Shown here: positions 9,747-20,390 of the stretch, piece after piece
Layout of the letters: every line of letters begins with the position of its first letter
Position numbering within the stretch: the stretch's first letter is position 1
Source: Candidatus Sericytochromatia bacterium
GTDB taxonomy: Bacteria > Cyanobacteriota > Sericytochromatia > S15B-MN24 > VGJW01
Reading direction: 5' to 3'
Assembly: GCA_035285865.1 (NCBI GenBank)
Contig: JAYKHS010000014.1
Span: forward strand, 96,001 to 160,000
DNA: 64,000 nt
Notes under the pieces: model-generated
Told to the model about the DNA's origin: nothing
What the model saw: the letters and a program-made list of their open reading frames with translations, nothing else
The model's database searches: none
Made by a program: the position numbers and the translations under genes

Positions 9747-10778
9747 ATGTCGAAGCTCTGGACCCTGCTGCCCCTCGCGGCCGTCGCCCTTGTGGGCTGT
9801 GGCACGGCGAATCAGGTGGCCCCCAGCCGCTACGCCTATGCGCAGACGTATGCTGCGGCCCCCGTCGCCCAGACCGCCGGTATTCGTCTGGTGCTGAGCG
9901 AGGCTTCGGCCTATCGGACACAGGCCACCGTCGCCGAGGTCGCGTCGATTCGTCTGACCGTCACCCCTGCCTCCGGGGCTCCTGCGACCAAGACCGTGGC
10001 CAAGGGCGCGGATCTCGCGATGGACAACCTGACGCCCGGCAAGGCCGCCCTCAAGGTCGAGGCGCTCGATGCAGCCGCTCAGACCATTGGTGTCGTCGAG
10101 CAGGGCAACGTCGACCTGGTAGCAGGCCAGACGACGACCGTCAAGCTGACCCTCAAGTTGCAGCCGACCGTGGTTTCCGCGGCCGGGCTCGGCGTCGACC
10201 TGACTTTGGTTGATGGCGACGTCGTCTACACCCAGCCTTCCCCCGCACCCTCCACCAGCCCGACGACCCCGCCTGTCGGCGGCAATCTGCTGGACGAGGG
10301 CTTCGAGAACGGTCTTGGAGGCTTCACCGCCGCCTATGCCAAGCCTGCCTACCTCACGGACGTCACCGCCGGCACGGGCTGGAACAGTGCCGCCGCTGCC
10401 GCCCAGGTCGGCGCCAAGGGCGCGACGGCTGGTGGTGCCGATGGCAAGGTGACGGCTCCCGGTGCCTACACCCTGACGCTGACGGGTGCGCTCAATACCA
10501 GCAGTCTGGCCGCCCCCAAGATCAGCTTTGCTTACGGCAAATTCACGAAGCAGTACTACTTCAAGACCGCGACGTTCGCTGTCGAGGCCTCCACTGACAA
10601 CGGCGCCACCTGGACTGCAGTCTGGTCCGCCCCTGCCACCCAGCCCGCCTGGACCGCCGTGACGGCCGATCTGCCCCGTGCCGCTGCCGTCAAGATTCGG
10701 TTCAACTTCACGTATGACTACTACCTCGGCACCGATGGATTCGATGCCCCGGTACTCGATGCGGTGGTCGTGAAGTAG
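9747..10778 (+). CDS. lipoprotein: N-terminal beta-sandwich, Pro/Ser/Thr linker, C-terminal jelly-roll/MAM-like domain
   Basis: Lipobox VALVG|C. C-terminal 'LLDEGFENG...VEASTDNGATWT...VKIRFNF...LDAVVVK' is typical of MAM/cleaved-adhesin-like domains. Confidence 0.7.
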   Translation: MSKLWTLLPLAAVALVGCGTANQVAPSRYAYAQTYAAAPVAQTAGIRLVLSEASAYRTQATVAEVASIRLTVTPASGAPATKTVAKGADLAMDNLTPGKAALKVEALDAAAQTIGVVEQGNVDLVAGQTTTVKLTLKLQPTVVSAAGLGVDLTLVDGDVVYTQPSPAPSTSPTTPPVGGNLLDEGFENGLGGFTAAYAKPAYLTDVTAGTGWNSAAAAAQVGAKGATAGGADGKVTAPGAYTLTLTGALNTSSLAAPKISFAYGKFTKQYYFKTATFAVEASTDNGATWTAVWSAPATQPAWTAVTADLPRAAAVKIRFNFTYDYYLGTDGFDAPVLDAVVVK

Positions 10779-10796
10779 GCGACGTTACCCCCAAGC

Positions 10797-10831
10797 GAAT
10801 GCGGCCTCCCTACCCCCGGGAGGCCGCATTC
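10797..10831. terminator. hairpin between convergent genes (probable bidirectional terminator)
   Basis: GAATGCGGCCTCCC-N7-GGGAGGCCGCATTC, a perfect 14-bp stem. Confidence 0.7.
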
Positions 10832-10853
10832 CTTCGTCGACTTGGCCGGTGGT

Positions 10854-12068
10854 TCAGCGCAGCGGCCTGCCCCAGACGTGCACCAACTGGCTCGAGCGTC
10901 CCGCCATCACGGTGAACACAAGGCTGCCGTCCTCGCCCAGGAACGAGGGGCCGCTGGGCTCGGCGGCGCCGCCGATGGCGAGGACTTCCGTCAGGGCGCC
11001 GTCCTTGCCGAGACGCAGGATCTGGTTGTCCCCGTACCGATCATAGTTGTCCTGATTCTGGTCCTCGCAGATGTAGAGCCGACCCTTGCGGTCGAAGGCA
11101 AGGTTGTCCGGATTGGCCAATTGTTTGCCATCGCCCTCGACCACCGTGCGCAGGTCAAGCGTTCGTGGGTCGAGACGACGGACCCGACCGTAAGGGTCGC
11201 CCTTTTCGGGCAGGCCGGTCTCGGCGAACCAGACGGCCTTGTCCGGGCCTATTTGCACGTCCTCGAGCCGTTGGAACAGCGTTGCACCTTTGCGGGTTGC
11301 TTCGAAGGATGCGTTGCCCGGGTCCAAGAGCGGAAGCCATCGCTTCCTTGCCACATCCAGGGCCTCGAGTCGTCCCTCCGAGAGGTCGCGGGCACGCTTG
11401 GCCGTGAAGCGATACAGGTGACCGTCCTGATCGTCCTCCGTCAGGTAGACCGTTCGGTCGTCCGCCACGGCCGCGGCCTCGTGGCTGAATCGCCCCATGG
11501 CCTTGCGCGTCCTGATGCGGTTTGCAGGATTCTCTGCACGGGGGTCGATCTCCTGGATCCAGCCATGCGCCATGATCGGGGAATCCGCAGGGTAAGGGGG
11601 CTGGCCCAGCAGCGCGCGCTGGCCCTCCGGTACGGCAAGGCTCGGATACTCCTCTCCGGAGAGGACCGTGCCCCAGGGTGTCACACCGCCGGCACAGTTG
11701 TTGTGCATTCCCTGAGCCCAGCGTTGGCCGCCCGTCACGACGAAGTCGAGGCCCTCTGCCGCGCGGGTCCTGCGGACCTCGAGACGCGTGAAGGCACCCC
11801 CGATGCCGCCTTCGGCGCCGGCACGGATCTCGTGTCCGACCATAAGGAATCCCGATCCGCCCTTGCCCGGGAACCATGCCGTCAGGTCATTCTTGGGCAG
11901 ATAGGACGTACCATCCGAGAGCGTCGTGCCCGCCACGAGGACGACCCGCTGGTCGAGACCCGGCATCAGACGCGAGACCAGGCTGCGCGGGCCTTGGGCC
12001 TCCGCGGCCAGCGGAGCTGCGAGCAGGGGCAGCGCACTGGCCAGCAGCACGTGGATGGGATACTTCAT
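10854..12068 (-). CDS. phoX: PhoX-family alkaline phosphatase (DUF839), compact form
   Basis: NCAGGVTPWGTVLSGEE, AMGRFSHEA, YLTEDD, RLED, NPDNL, ICED and EPSGP motifs; Sec-type signal peptide. Confidence 0.85.
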   Translation of the reverse strand: MKYPIHVLLASALPLLAAPLAAEAQGPRSLVSRLMPGLDQRVVLVAGTTLSDGTSYLPKNDLTAWFPGKGGSGFLMVGHEIRAGAEGGIGGAFTRLEVRRTRAAEGLDFVVTGGQRWAQGMHNNCAGGVTPWGTVLSGEEYPSLAVPEGQRALLGQPPYPADSPIMAHGWIQEIDPRAENPANRIRTRKAMGRFSHEAAAVADDRTVYLTEDDQDGHLYRFTAKRARDLSEGRLEALDVARKRWLPLLDPGNASFEATRKGATLFQRLEDVQIGPDKAVWFAETGLPEKGDPYGRVRRLDPRTLDLRTVVEGDGKQLANPDNLAFDRKGRLYICEDQNQDNYDRYGDNQILRLGKDGALTEVLAIGGAAEPSGPSFLGEDGSLVFTVMAGRSSQLVHVWGRPLR

Positions 12069-13288
12069 GGCCGGTCTTCCTTTCGATGGTCCGTTCCCTG
12101 TCCCGCAACCAGTGTCACGAGGCGATCGAGCGGCAGCGCGTGGGCGAGGTGACCATCACGACCCCGTGTGGTCTTCGCCATGCAAAGCGCGTTGAGAATG
12201 GCTTCCTCGACAGCCTCGACGGCCGGCATGAACAGGGCGTCCGCGGCGGCGGGGTGCAAACGCTCGACCTTGAGCAGCGGTGGATCCGGCATATCCATCG
12301 GGATTTCCGTGCCCGTGGAGAAAGCCAGCACCAGATCCCCGGACGAATGGTGCGCAGGTGCTCCGGTCCGGGCGATGCCAAGCGTGGCGCGGCGCGCGAG
12401 GCGCTGCAGTTGCTGGGCATCCATCGGGGCATCCGTAGCCAGGACGACGATGATGGACCCTTCGCTGGGTCGACGTACGGGCATCAGATCGCGGATGGCC
12501 TTGCCGACGGCGATGCCGGCGACCGTCAGTTCCGGTCTGCGCCCCATGTTCGTGTTGACGAGGGCACCCACCGTATAGCGGACACTGCCGAGGCTCGCCA
12601 CGCGGGAGGCCGTGCCGATACCCCCCTTGAACCCGTAGGACATCATCCCGGTCCCGGCCCCGACAGCTCCCTCGGCGACCGGGCCACCCTTGGCCCCGTC
12701 CAGGGCTGCGGCAACATCCGCGCTCGTCGCGTGACGTCCCAACTGGTCGTTCAGGAAACCGTCGTCGCACTCGGCGACCACAGGCAGCACCACATCCTCG
12801 TCCCGCCCCATGCCGGGGAAGCGTCGCGCCATCCAGTCGACGACGCCATCCGTGACCTTGCCGACCGAGAGGGTGTCCGTCAGGACGATGGGAGTCTCGA
12901 GCCAGCCGGACTCGCGGATCCAGTGCGTGCCCGTCATCTCCCCGTTGCCGTTGAGCACGTCCACGGCTGCGGGCAGCTTGCGATGCCACGGGTCGGGTCG
13001 CGGCATGATGGCCGTGATGCCGGTGCGGACCGGACCCTTGCCCGGCACGAGGCGGCCCTCGCCCCGGACCAGCGTGACATGACCGACCAGGACACCCGGG
13101 ACGTCCGTCAGCGCATTGAATGGCCCGGTCGGATGGCTGCCGATGACGATGCCCAAGTCACGCAGGCGTGCTCGCGGGGCCTCTGATGGCGTGGGTTCGG
13201 GGGATGGGGATGCAGCACCGGGCAGGGCGGAGAAGAGCGCGGCCCATGTGAGGCTTCCGGCCAGCAGGACGGAGCTGAATCGGGTCAC
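12065..13288 (-). CDS. dmpA: DmpA/P1 (S58) family L-aminopeptidase/D-esterase, secreted
   Basis: GTG start overlaps the corA stop; signal peptide. NALTDVPGVLVGH, PVVAECDDG, GAGTGM, KGGIGTASR and the autoproteolysis site EG|SIIVV. Confidence 0.88.
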   Translation of the reverse strand: MTRFSSVLLAGSLTWAALFSALPGAASPSPEPTPSEAPRARLRDLGIVIGSHPTGPFNALTDVPGVLVGHVTLVRGEGRLVPGKGPVRTGITAIMPRPDPWHRKLPAAVDVLNGNGEMTGTHWIRESGWLETPIVLTDTLSVGKVTDGVVDWMARRFPGMGRDEDVVLPVVAECDDGFLNDQLGRHATSADVAAALDGAKGGPVAEGAVGAGTGMMSYGFKGGIGTASRVASLGSVRYTVGALVNTNMGRRPELTVAGIAVGKAIRDLMPVRRPSEGSIIVVLATDAPMDAQQLQRLARRATLGIARTGAPAHHSSGDLVLAFSTGTEIPMDMPDPPLLKVERLHPAAADALFMPAVEAVEEAILNALCMAKTTRGRDGHLAHALPLDRLVTLVAGQGTDHRKEDRP

Positions 13289-14292
13289 AGGTATTTCCTC
13301 CAGCGGAACAGGCCGAGGATCACGCCCGTCACGGCCAGCATCAGCGCCAACGCCCAAGGATAGCCGAAGGTCCAGTGCAGTTCAGGCATGCGATCGAAGT
13401 TCATACCGTAGATGCCGGCGATGAGCGTGGCCGTCATCAGGGCCGTGGAGAGCGCCGTCAAGCGCTTCATGGTGTCGTTGGTCCGGTTGGCGAGCATCGA
13501 GAGGTGCGCGTCCTGGACTCCCATGGCGAGGTCCCGGAAGAGATCCATATGGTCGGCGAGGCGCACCAGATGGTCGTAGACATCCTGCAGGTGGGTCTGG
13601 GTGTTGCGGCTGACCTCGGCACCCTCGCGCCGGATGAAGAGTAGCACGGCGTCCCTGAGGGGACCTACGAGACGTCGCAGGGCCAGCAATTCGCGCTTGA
13701 GCCGGAAGACGCGCACCAGCAGGCGCTCGTCCGTGCGGACGAAGACCTCTTCGTCCAGGTCGGCGAGCCTGTCTTCGAAGTGGTCCAGGACGGGGAAGTA
13801 GGCGTCGACGACGGTGTCCAGCAGCATGTAGGCGAGATGCGGCATGCCGTTCGGCAGGGCATCCGGGCTCACGGCCCAGCGCCCCCGGACCTCGTCCATG
13901 ACGGAAAGTGCACCCTGGTGCGTCGTGATGAGCCAACCCGGCCCGATGAAGGTCTCAATCTCCCCCAGTTGGACCCGGTCGCGCGCCGAATCGATGGCCC
14001 TTGGGTGGTGCATCACCATGAAGACGTGTCCGTCGTAGACCTCGAACTTGGGTCTCTGACCCACGTGGAGGCAGTCCTCGATGGCGAGGCCGTGCAGGTT
14101 GAAGGTCGTGGCGAGGGCCTCGAGCACCTCGCGTGTCGGGTGGGACAAGTCCAGCCAGAGCAGGTGGTCAGGCCCGAGCGGCCAGGAGGTCTCCGCGCTC
14201 AAGGCGTCGGCATCGAGGCGGTGCACGCCTCGGGCATCCCGTACCCAAGCGGCAACCCCCTCCCGGGCGAGTACCTGGGAAGGGGTCAACAT
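13285..14292 (-). CDS. corA: magnesium/cobalt transporter CorA
   Basis: LHGLAIEDC..QRPK, C-terminal YGMNF and MPEL, two TM helices. Confidence 0.93.
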   Translation of the reverse strand: MLTPSQVLAREGVAAWVRDARGVHRLDADALSAETSWPLGPDHLLWLDLSHPTREVLEALATTFNLHGLAIEDCLHVGQRPKFEVYDGHVFMVMHHPRAIDSARDRVQLGEIETFIGPGWLITTHQGALSVMDEVRGRWAVSPDALPNGMPHLAYMLLDTVVDAYFPVLDHFEDRLADLDEEVFVRTDERLLVRVFRLKRELLALRRLVGPLRDAVLLFIRREGAEVSRNTQTHLQDVYDHLVRLADHMDLFRDLAMGVQDAHLSMLANRTNDTMKRLTALSTALMTATLIAGIYGMNFDRMPELHWTFGYPWALALMLAVTGVILGLFRWRKYL

Positions 14293-14314
14293 GGAACGCG
14301 GTGCGGTTGGCGCG

Positions 14315-15214
14315 TCAGCGGGTCGCTGCCGCAGGAAGGCGCCCCTTCTCGCGAAGGGTCTTCTCGACCAGCTCGCCGACCTCGTCGGTGGTTGCGGCGA
14401 CCTTGACCCCGGCTGCCTCGAGGGCGTCCACCTTGGCCTGCGCCGTGCCCTTGTTGCCCGAGACGATGGCGCCGGCGTGGCCCATCCGCTTGCCCGGGGG
14501 GGCGGTACGGCCCGAGATGAAGCCGATGACGGGCTTGGTCATCGACTTGATGTAGGCTGCGGCAGTCTCTTCGTCCGAGCCGCCGATCTCGCCGGCCAGC
14601 ACGCAGATCTCGGTGGTCGGATCGTTCTCGAAGGCCTTCATGACGTCGATGAACGGAGTGCCGATGATGGGGTCGCCGCCGATGCCCACCACCGTCGACT
14701 GGCCAAGCCCGCGATCCGACAGGTTCTTGGCGACTTCGTAGGTCAGCGTGCCCGACCGCGAAACCATGCCGACGATGCCAGGCTTGAAGATGTGACCGGG
14801 CATGATGCCCATCTTGCACTCGCCCGGCGTGATGAGACCGGGACAGTTGGGACCGATCAGGCGCGTCTCGCTGTGGCGCAGGATCTCGTAAACGCGGACC
14901 ATGTCGTGGGTCGGCACGCCCTCGGTGATGCAGACGACGAGCGGCACGCCCGCGTCCACGGCTTCGAGGATGGCATCCGCGGCGCCGGCAGGCGGCACGA
15001 AGATGATGGATGCATCAGCCCCCGTGGCGTTGCGGGCCTGGCCGACGGTATCGAACATGGGCACGCCCAACTCTGTCGTTCCACCCTTGCCCGGGGTCAC
15101 GCCACCGACGATGGTCGTCCCGTACGCCAGCATCTGCTCGGAGTGGAAGCGCCCTTCGCGGCCCGTAAGGCCCTGGACGATGACGCGGGTATCGCGGTTG
15201 ATGAAGATACTCAT
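14315..15214 (-). CDS. sucD: succinyl-CoA synthetase alpha subunit
   Basis: [21 protein letters not shown] and phospho-His motif MGHAGA. Confidence 0.97.
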   Translation of the reverse strand: MSIFINRDTRVIVQGLTGREGRFHSEQMLAYGTTIVGGVTPGKGGTTELGVPMFDTVGQARNATGADASIIFVPPAGAADAILEAVDAGVPLVVCITEGVPTHDMVRVYEILRHSETRLIGPNCPGLITPGECKMGIMPGHIFKPGIVGMVSRSGTLTYEVAKNLSDRGLGQSTVVGIGGDPIIGTPFIDVMKAFENDPTTEICVLAGEIGGSDEETAAAYIKSMTKPVIGFISGRTAPPGKRMGHAGAIVSGNKGTAQAKVDALEAAGVKVAATTDEVGELVEKTLREKGRLPAAATR

Positions 15215-15237
15215 TGGACTGACGTCTCCCGGCGACC

Positions 15238-16389
15238 TTAACGGGCGCCTGCGTAGGCGAGTTCGACGACCTTGGCGGCGGCTTCACGCATCGAGCCAGC
15301 CGGGACGAGATTCAGGCCGGACTCGGCCAGCAGCTTCTTGCCTTCTTCGACCGAGGTGCCCTCGAGCCGAACGACCACGGGGACCTTGATGTCCAGCTTG
15401 CCGGCCGCGTCGATGACGCCCTTGGCGACTTCGTCGCACCGCGTGATGCCGCCGAAGATGTTGATGACCACACCCCGCACCTTGGGCTCGAGCAGCACCA
15501 CCTCGAGTGCGTTGCGGACAACCTCGGCCTTGGCGCCGCCGCCGATGTCCAAGAAGTTGGCGGCCTTGCCGCCTTCGCGGGCCACGACGTCCAGGCTGGT
15601 CATGACCAGGCCCGCTCCGTTGCCGATGATGCCGATGTCCCCGTCGAGGTGGACGTAGGTCAGGCCGCGTCGACGCGCCTCCTCCTCGATGGGGTCGTTC
15701 TCCTCGGACTCCTGCAGGGCCGCGAGAGCCTTCTGGCGGTACAGGGCGTTCTCGTCGATGTCCATCTTGGCGTCGGCGGCGATGAGTACGCCGTCCTTGG
15801 TGATGACGAGGGGGTTGATTTCGGCGAGCGTCGCGTCGGACTGGGTGATGGCCTGGTAGAGGGCCTTCAGGAAGACGGCGATCTCCTTGACCTTGTCCTT
15901 GGGCAGGCCGGCACCGAAACAGAGGTGGCGAACCTGATAGTCCGTGAGGCCCAGAGCCGGGTTGATGGTGCAGCGGGCAATCTTGTCGGGCGTACGCTCG
16001 GCGACTTCCTCGATGTCCATGCCGCCCTCGGCGCTGACCATGACGACGATGCGCTTGGTGTCGCGATCGAGAATCATGCCGAGATAGATTTCCTTGTCGA
16101 TGGCGATGCCTTCCTCGACGAGGACCTTGTGGACCGTCAGGCCCTTGATGTCCATGCCGAGAATCTGGCTGCCCATCTGGCGTGCCTCGTCCGGGGTCTT
16201 GGCCAGCTTGACGCCACCGGCCTTGCCGCGACCGCCCACATGGACCTGGGCCTTGACGACGCAGAGGCCGCCGCCCAACTCGGCGGCGACTGCCGCGCAC
16301 TCATCGGGGGTGGTTGCAACCCGACCGCGAGGAATGGGCACGCCATGGCTGGCAAGGACCTGCTTGGCCTGGAACTCGTGGATCTTCAT
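15238..16389 (-). CDS. sucC: succinyl-CoA synthetase beta subunit
   Basis: [48 protein letters not shown]. Confidence 0.97.
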   Translation of the reverse strand: MKIHEFQAKQVLASHGVPIPRGRVATTPDECAAVAAELGGGLCVVKAQVHVGGRGKAGGVKLAKTPDEARQMGSQILGMDIKGLTVHKVLVEEGIAIDKEIYLGMILDRDTKRIVVMVSAEGGMDIEEVAERTPDKIARCTINPALGLTDYQVRHLCFGAGLPKDKVKEIAVFLKALYQAITQSDATLAEINPLVITKDGVLIAADAKMDIDENALYRQKALAALQESEENDPIEEEARRRGLTYVHLDGDIGIIGNGAGLVMTSLDVVAREGGKAANFLDIGGGAKAEVVRNALEVVLLEPKVRGVVINIFGGITRCDEVAKGVIDAAGKLDIKVPVVVRLEGTSVEEGKKLLAESGLNLVPAGSMREAAAKVVELAYAGAR

Positions 16390-16432
16390 CGGTCAGGACG
16401 CCCTCCTCGGCATCACTTGGCCAGGGAACGCT

Positions 16433-16882
16433 TCATGATACGCCATGGCTGGCTTCATCGGGGCGTTCCGACACTTCGAGCAGAACCCCTCCCGTGGCCT
16501 TGGGATGCACGAAACCGATGCGTGCACCCTCGGCACCAAGCCGCGGGGCAGCGTCGATCAGCCGGATCCCGGATGCCGCAAGGTGCTCGAGCATCGGCCC
16601 GCAACCGTCGACGCGCATGGCTACGTGGTGGATGCCCTCGCCGCGTGTGTCGAGGAATTTGCGGATCGGGCTGTCCTCGGCCGTGGGTTCGAGCAGCTCG
16701 ATGCGGTTGGGCCCTGCCAGCAGCACGGCGACACGTACCTTCTGATCGGGAACGTCCTCGAATCCGACGAACGCCAGGCCGAGCACGTCCCGCCAGAAGG
16801 GCAGGGCCTGCTCCAGACTGCGCACCGCGATGCCCAGATGGTCGATATGTCGCGGGGCAGGCACGCTCTCGGCGGGCATCAC
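16433..16882 (-). CDS. mce: methylmalonyl-CoA epimerase
   Basis: VOC fold: [33 protein letters not shown]; coupled to the mutase gene. Confidence 0.92.
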   Translation of the reverse strand: MMPAESVPAPRHIDHLGIAVRSLEQALPFWRDVLGLAFVGFEDVPDQKVRVAVLLAGPNRIELLEPTAEDSPIRKFLDTRGEGIHHVAMRVDGCGPMLEHLAASGIRLIDAAPRLGAEGARIGFVHPKATGGVLLEVSERPDEASHGVS

Positions 16883-18483
16883 GACAGGCTGACCCGCGGG
16901 CGATGCTTGCCGAACACACCCTTGAGTACGCCGCAGATCTCACCGACCGAGGCCATCGCGCGGACGGCTTCGGTGATGGGCGGCATCAGGTTCGCCTCGC
17001 CGCGTGCGGCGTCCTCGAGCCGAGCCAGGGTCGCGGCCACGGCCGAGGCGTCGCGGCCGGCGCGGACCGCCTGCAGGCGCTCGACCTGACGGCGTTCGGC
17101 AGCAGGATCGATGCGCTGCAGTTCGGGCGCAGGTTCATCATCGACCGTGAAGCGGTTGATGCCCACGATGACGCGCTTCTCGTCCTCGACCGCCTTCTGG
17201 AAGCGGTAGGCGGACTCGTGGATTTCGGCCTGGAAGAAGCCTGCCTCGATGGCCGCGAGTGCCCCGCCCATCGCGTCGATGCGGGCAAAGTAGTCGAGCA
17301 CCTCGGCCTCGATGCGATCCGTGAGGGCTTCGATGTAGTAGGATCCGCCGAGCGGGTCCACCGTGGCCGTGGCACCGCTCTCGTAGGCCAGCAACTGCTG
17401 GACGCGAAGCGCCGTGCGGGCCGTGGCTTCGGTCGGCAGGGCCAGAGCCTCGTCCTGGGCGTTCGTATGCAGCGATTGGGTGCCGCCGAGGACCGCAGCC
17501 AAGGCGGATAGCGTGGTCCGGACGATGTTGTTCTCCGGTTGCTGGGCCGTCAGCGAACTGCCGGCCGTCTGCGTGTGGAAGCGCAGTTGCATGCTCCTGG
17601 GGTTGCGCGCCCCGAAGCGCTCCTGCATCATCCGTGCCCAGATGCGCCTTGCGGCCCGGAACTTGGCCACTTCTTCGAGCACGTCGGTCCAGGCGCAGAA
17701 GAAGAACGACAACTGCGGCGCGAAGGAGTCGACGTCAAGGCCGCGCGCCAGAGCAGCCTCGACATAGGCTCGGGCATTGGCCAGGGTGAATGCGACCTCC
17801 TGCACGGCCGTGCAGCCGGCCTCGCGCATGTGGTAGCCGCTGATGGAGATGGTGTTCCATCGGGGCATCTCGGCGGCGCAGTGGGCGAAGATGTCCGTCA
17901 CGAGCCGCATCGAGGGCGCTGGCGGGAAGATGTAGGTGTTCCGCGCGACGTACTCCTTCAGGATGTCGTTCTGCGTCGTGCCGGAGATGCTTGACGGGTC
18001 GACGCCCTGTCGCTCTCCCACCACACGGTACATGGCCAGCAGCACGGCGGCCGGGGCGTTGATGGTCATCGAGGTGCTGACGGCACCGAGGTCGATTCCG
18101 GCGAAGAGCGTCTCCATGTCCGCGAGCGTGTCGATGGCCACGCCCGTTCGGCCGACCTCCCCGGTGGCCATCGGGTCATCCGAATCCAGTCCCATCTGGG
18201 TCGGCAGGTCGAAGGCCGTCGACAGGCCGGATTGCCCCTGAGCCAGCAGGTATCGGAAGCGGGCGTTGGTCTCCGAAGCCGACCCGAAACCTGCGTACTG
18301 GCGCATGGTCCAGAGGCGGCTGCGGTACATCTCGGGCTGGACGCCCCGGGTGTAGGGGAAGCCGGCCGGCTGCCCGAGCGCCGTTGTCGCGTCCCGGGTG
18401 TCTTCCGGTCCGTAGCACGCCGCCACCGGCTCTCCGGACCCGGTCACGCCCAGGTCAATGCGCGTCTGGCCCACCCGCGTCAT
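16879..18483 (-). CDS. methylmalonyl-CoA mutase, substrate-binding subunit (no B12-binding domain)
   Basis: [57 protein letters not shown]. Ends at 534 aa without a DxHxxG domain. Confidence 0.93.
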   Translation of the reverse strand: MTRVGQTRIDLGVTGSGEPVAACYGPEDTRDATTALGQPAGFPYTRGVQPEMYRSRLWTMRQYAGFGSASETNARFRYLLAQGQSGLSTAFDLPTQMGLDSDDPMATGEVGRTGVAIDTLADMETLFAGIDLGAVSTSMTINAPAAVLLAMYRVVGERQGVDPSSISGTTQNDILKEYVARNTYIFPPAPSMRLVTDIFAHCAAEMPRWNTISISGYHMREAGCTAVQEVAFTLANARAYVEAALARGLDVDSFAPQLSFFFCAWTDVLEEVAKFRAARRIWARMMQERFGARNPRSMQLRFHTQTAGSSLTAQQPENNIVRTTLSALAAVLGGTQSLHTNAQDEALALPTEATARTALRVQQLLAYESGATATVDPLGGSYYIEALTDRIEAEVLDYFARIDAMGGALAAIEAGFFQAEIHESAYRFQKAVEDEKRVIVGINRFTVDDEPAPELQRIDPAAERRQVERLQAVRAGRDASAVAATLARLEDAARGEANLMPPITEAVRAMASVGEICGVLKGVFGKHRPRVSLS

Positions 18484-20222
18484 GCCTCACCGCCCGGCTG
18501 GATGCGAACCAGCAACTGGCCACCTTCGACAGCGGTGCCGGCGACGACCGGCAGCTCGGCTACGATGCCCGCCACCGGAGCCACGACATCCGTTTCCATC
18601 TTCATCGCCTCGAGGACAAGCAGGCGCTGGCCGGCCGTGACCGCATCGCCTGCCGCCACGTCGACCCGGGTGACGGTCGCGTGCATGGGGGCCGTCACGC
18701 TGCCATTGCCGACTGGCCGAGCCGAAGCACGCGCCTTGCTGGCCTTGACCCGGCGCGACGCTGCCGGGGCGGCTGCGCCACGTTCGGATACCCGCACTTC
18801 AAAGCGTTGGCCGGAGACCTCCACGGCGAAGGTCCTCGCCGTGGGCTCGTCTGCAGCCTCACCTGCGGCAGGCGCGGGCGCCGCCAGCGTCGCTAGATCC
18901 GCTTCCGTCAGGACTTCGCCGATGAAGTGGGTCGAGACCTTGCCCTCTTGGAACTCGGGGCGGCCAAGGACCATGCGGTGCAGGCCGGCCGTGGTGGGCA
19001 CGCCCTCCACCACCAGCTCGGCAAGTGCCCGGCGCATTCGGGCGATGGCCTCGGAGCGGTCGGCACCCCGCGTCACGATCTTGGCAATCATGGAATCGTA
19101 CTGGTCCGGGATGCGCATGCCCGAGGCATAGGCATCCTCGACGCGGACGCCCGGCCCCGCCGGTCGGACATAGCGGACCAGCAACCCCGGAGCGGGCCGG
19201 AAGCGTGCCGAAGGGTCCTCGGCGTTCAAGCGACACTCGATCGCCCAGCCGCGAGGCTCCCGATGTTCCCAAACCGCCGGAACCGCCTCGCCGAAGGCCA
19301 CTTCCAGCATCGCCTTGACCAAGTCGACGTCGTAGACTTCCTCGGTGATGGCGTGCTCCACCTGGATGCGCGTGTTCATCTCGAGGAAGAACCACGCACC
19401 CCGCGACCAGAGGAACTCGACGGTCCCGGCACTGTCATAGCCGACCCGCTGGGCCAGGCGGACGGCCGCTGCCCCCATCTCCGCGCGGGTCGCGACGTCC
19501 AGTGCCGGCGACGGGCACTCCTCGACCAGCTTCTGGTGCCTGCGCTGGATGGAACACTCACGCTCGCCGAGATGGATGATCCGCCCGTGCTTGTCGCCGA
19601 GGACCTGGATTTCGATGTGGCGGGGTTCGGCAAGGTATTTCTCGAGGTAGACCTCGGGATCCTTGAAGTAGTTCAGGCCCTCGCGGCGTGCACGCTCCAA
19701 GGCACTGCCCGCTTCGTCGGGACGCCACACGACGACGAAACCCTTGCCCCCGCCACCGGCGGCCGCCTTGAGCGCGACGGGCCAGCCGACCCGTTCCCCG
19801 AAGGCGATGATCTCGGCTTCGTCGCGGACGTCCGAAGTCGTGCCCGGCACGATGGGGACACCTGCGGCCTCGGCCTCGCGCCGAGCTGCAGTCTTGCTGG
19901 CCATGCGCCGCATGGCGTCCGAGTTAGGACCGACCCACGCCAGCCCTGCGGCCTGCACCTGATCGGCGAAGGCGGCGTTCTCGGCGAGGAAGCCGTAGCC
20001 CGGATGGATGCCGTCCGCGCCGGCTTCGCGGGCGATAGCGAGAACCCGATCCCCGTCCAGGTAGCCCCCGGGCACATGCCACGCCGCATCAGCAGCCGAG
20101 ACGTGCATGGCCTCGCGATCGGCATCGCTGTAGATGGCGATCGCCTGCCAGCCTAGATCGCGACAGGCCCGAATCACGCGCAGCGCGATTTCTCCGCGAT
20201 TGGCGACCAGAATCCGACGCAT
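18480..20222 (-). CDS. pccA: acyl-CoA carboxylase alpha subunit (biotin carboxylase fused to BCCP)
   Basis: [45 protein letters not shown] and biotinylation motif EAMKM. Confidence 0.92.
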   Translation of the reverse strand: MRRILVANRGEIALRVIRACRDLGWQAIAIYSDADREAMHVSAADAAWHVPGGYLDGDRVLAIAREAGADGIHPGYGFLAENAAFADQVQAAGLAWVGPNSDAMRRMASKTAARREAEAAGVPIVPGTTSDVRDEAEIIAFGERVGWPVALKAAAGGGGKGFVVVWRPDEAGSALERARREGLNYFKDPEVYLEKYLAEPRHIEIQVLGDKHGRIIHLGERECSIQRRHQKLVEECPSPALDVATRAEMGAAAVRLAQRVGYDSAGTVEFLWSRGAWFFLEMNTRIQVEHAITEEVYDVDLVKAMLEVAFGEAVPAVWEHREPRGWAIECRLNAEDPSARFRPAPGLLVRYVRPAGPGVRVEDAYASGMRIPDQYDSMIAKIVTRGADRSEAIARMRRALAELVVEGVPTTAGLHRMVLGRPEFQEGKVSTHFIGEVLTEADLATLAAPAPAAGEAADEPTARTFAVEVSGQRFEVRVSERGAAAPAASRRVKASKARASARPVGNGSVTAPMHATVTRVDVAAGDAVTAGQRLLVLEAMKMETDVVAPVAGIVAELPVVAGTAVEGGQLLVRIQPGGEA

Positions 20223-20390
20223 CGACCCGCCTCCCGCCGCCTCGGGGAGCCCCGCTCCGGTGCGGCCACGCGCCATGCTAGCACGGGCGGCACGCGAGCC
20301 CTCTGCAGCCCGAAGCCACGGACGTTTAGCCCCCCTGAAGGATTGGGAACAACAAGAACGTCTCACCCTTCCCCCAGGGAGGCTTAGCCG

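Noticed and set aside
15649..17511. Many long antisense or alternate-frame ORFs (also 26392-28164, 53686-55551, 61815-63791)
   Set aside because: Expected shadows in high-GC DNA opposite well-supported genes; no recognisable motifs.
16879..18483. Possibility that the mutase is an isobutyryl- or 2-hydroxyisobutyryl-CoA mutase linked to lysine-derived C4 acyl-CoAs
   Set aside because: It has the Tyr (RQYAGF) and Arg (KEYVAR) residues of carboxylate-binding methylmalonyl-CoA mutases and sits beside the epimerase.
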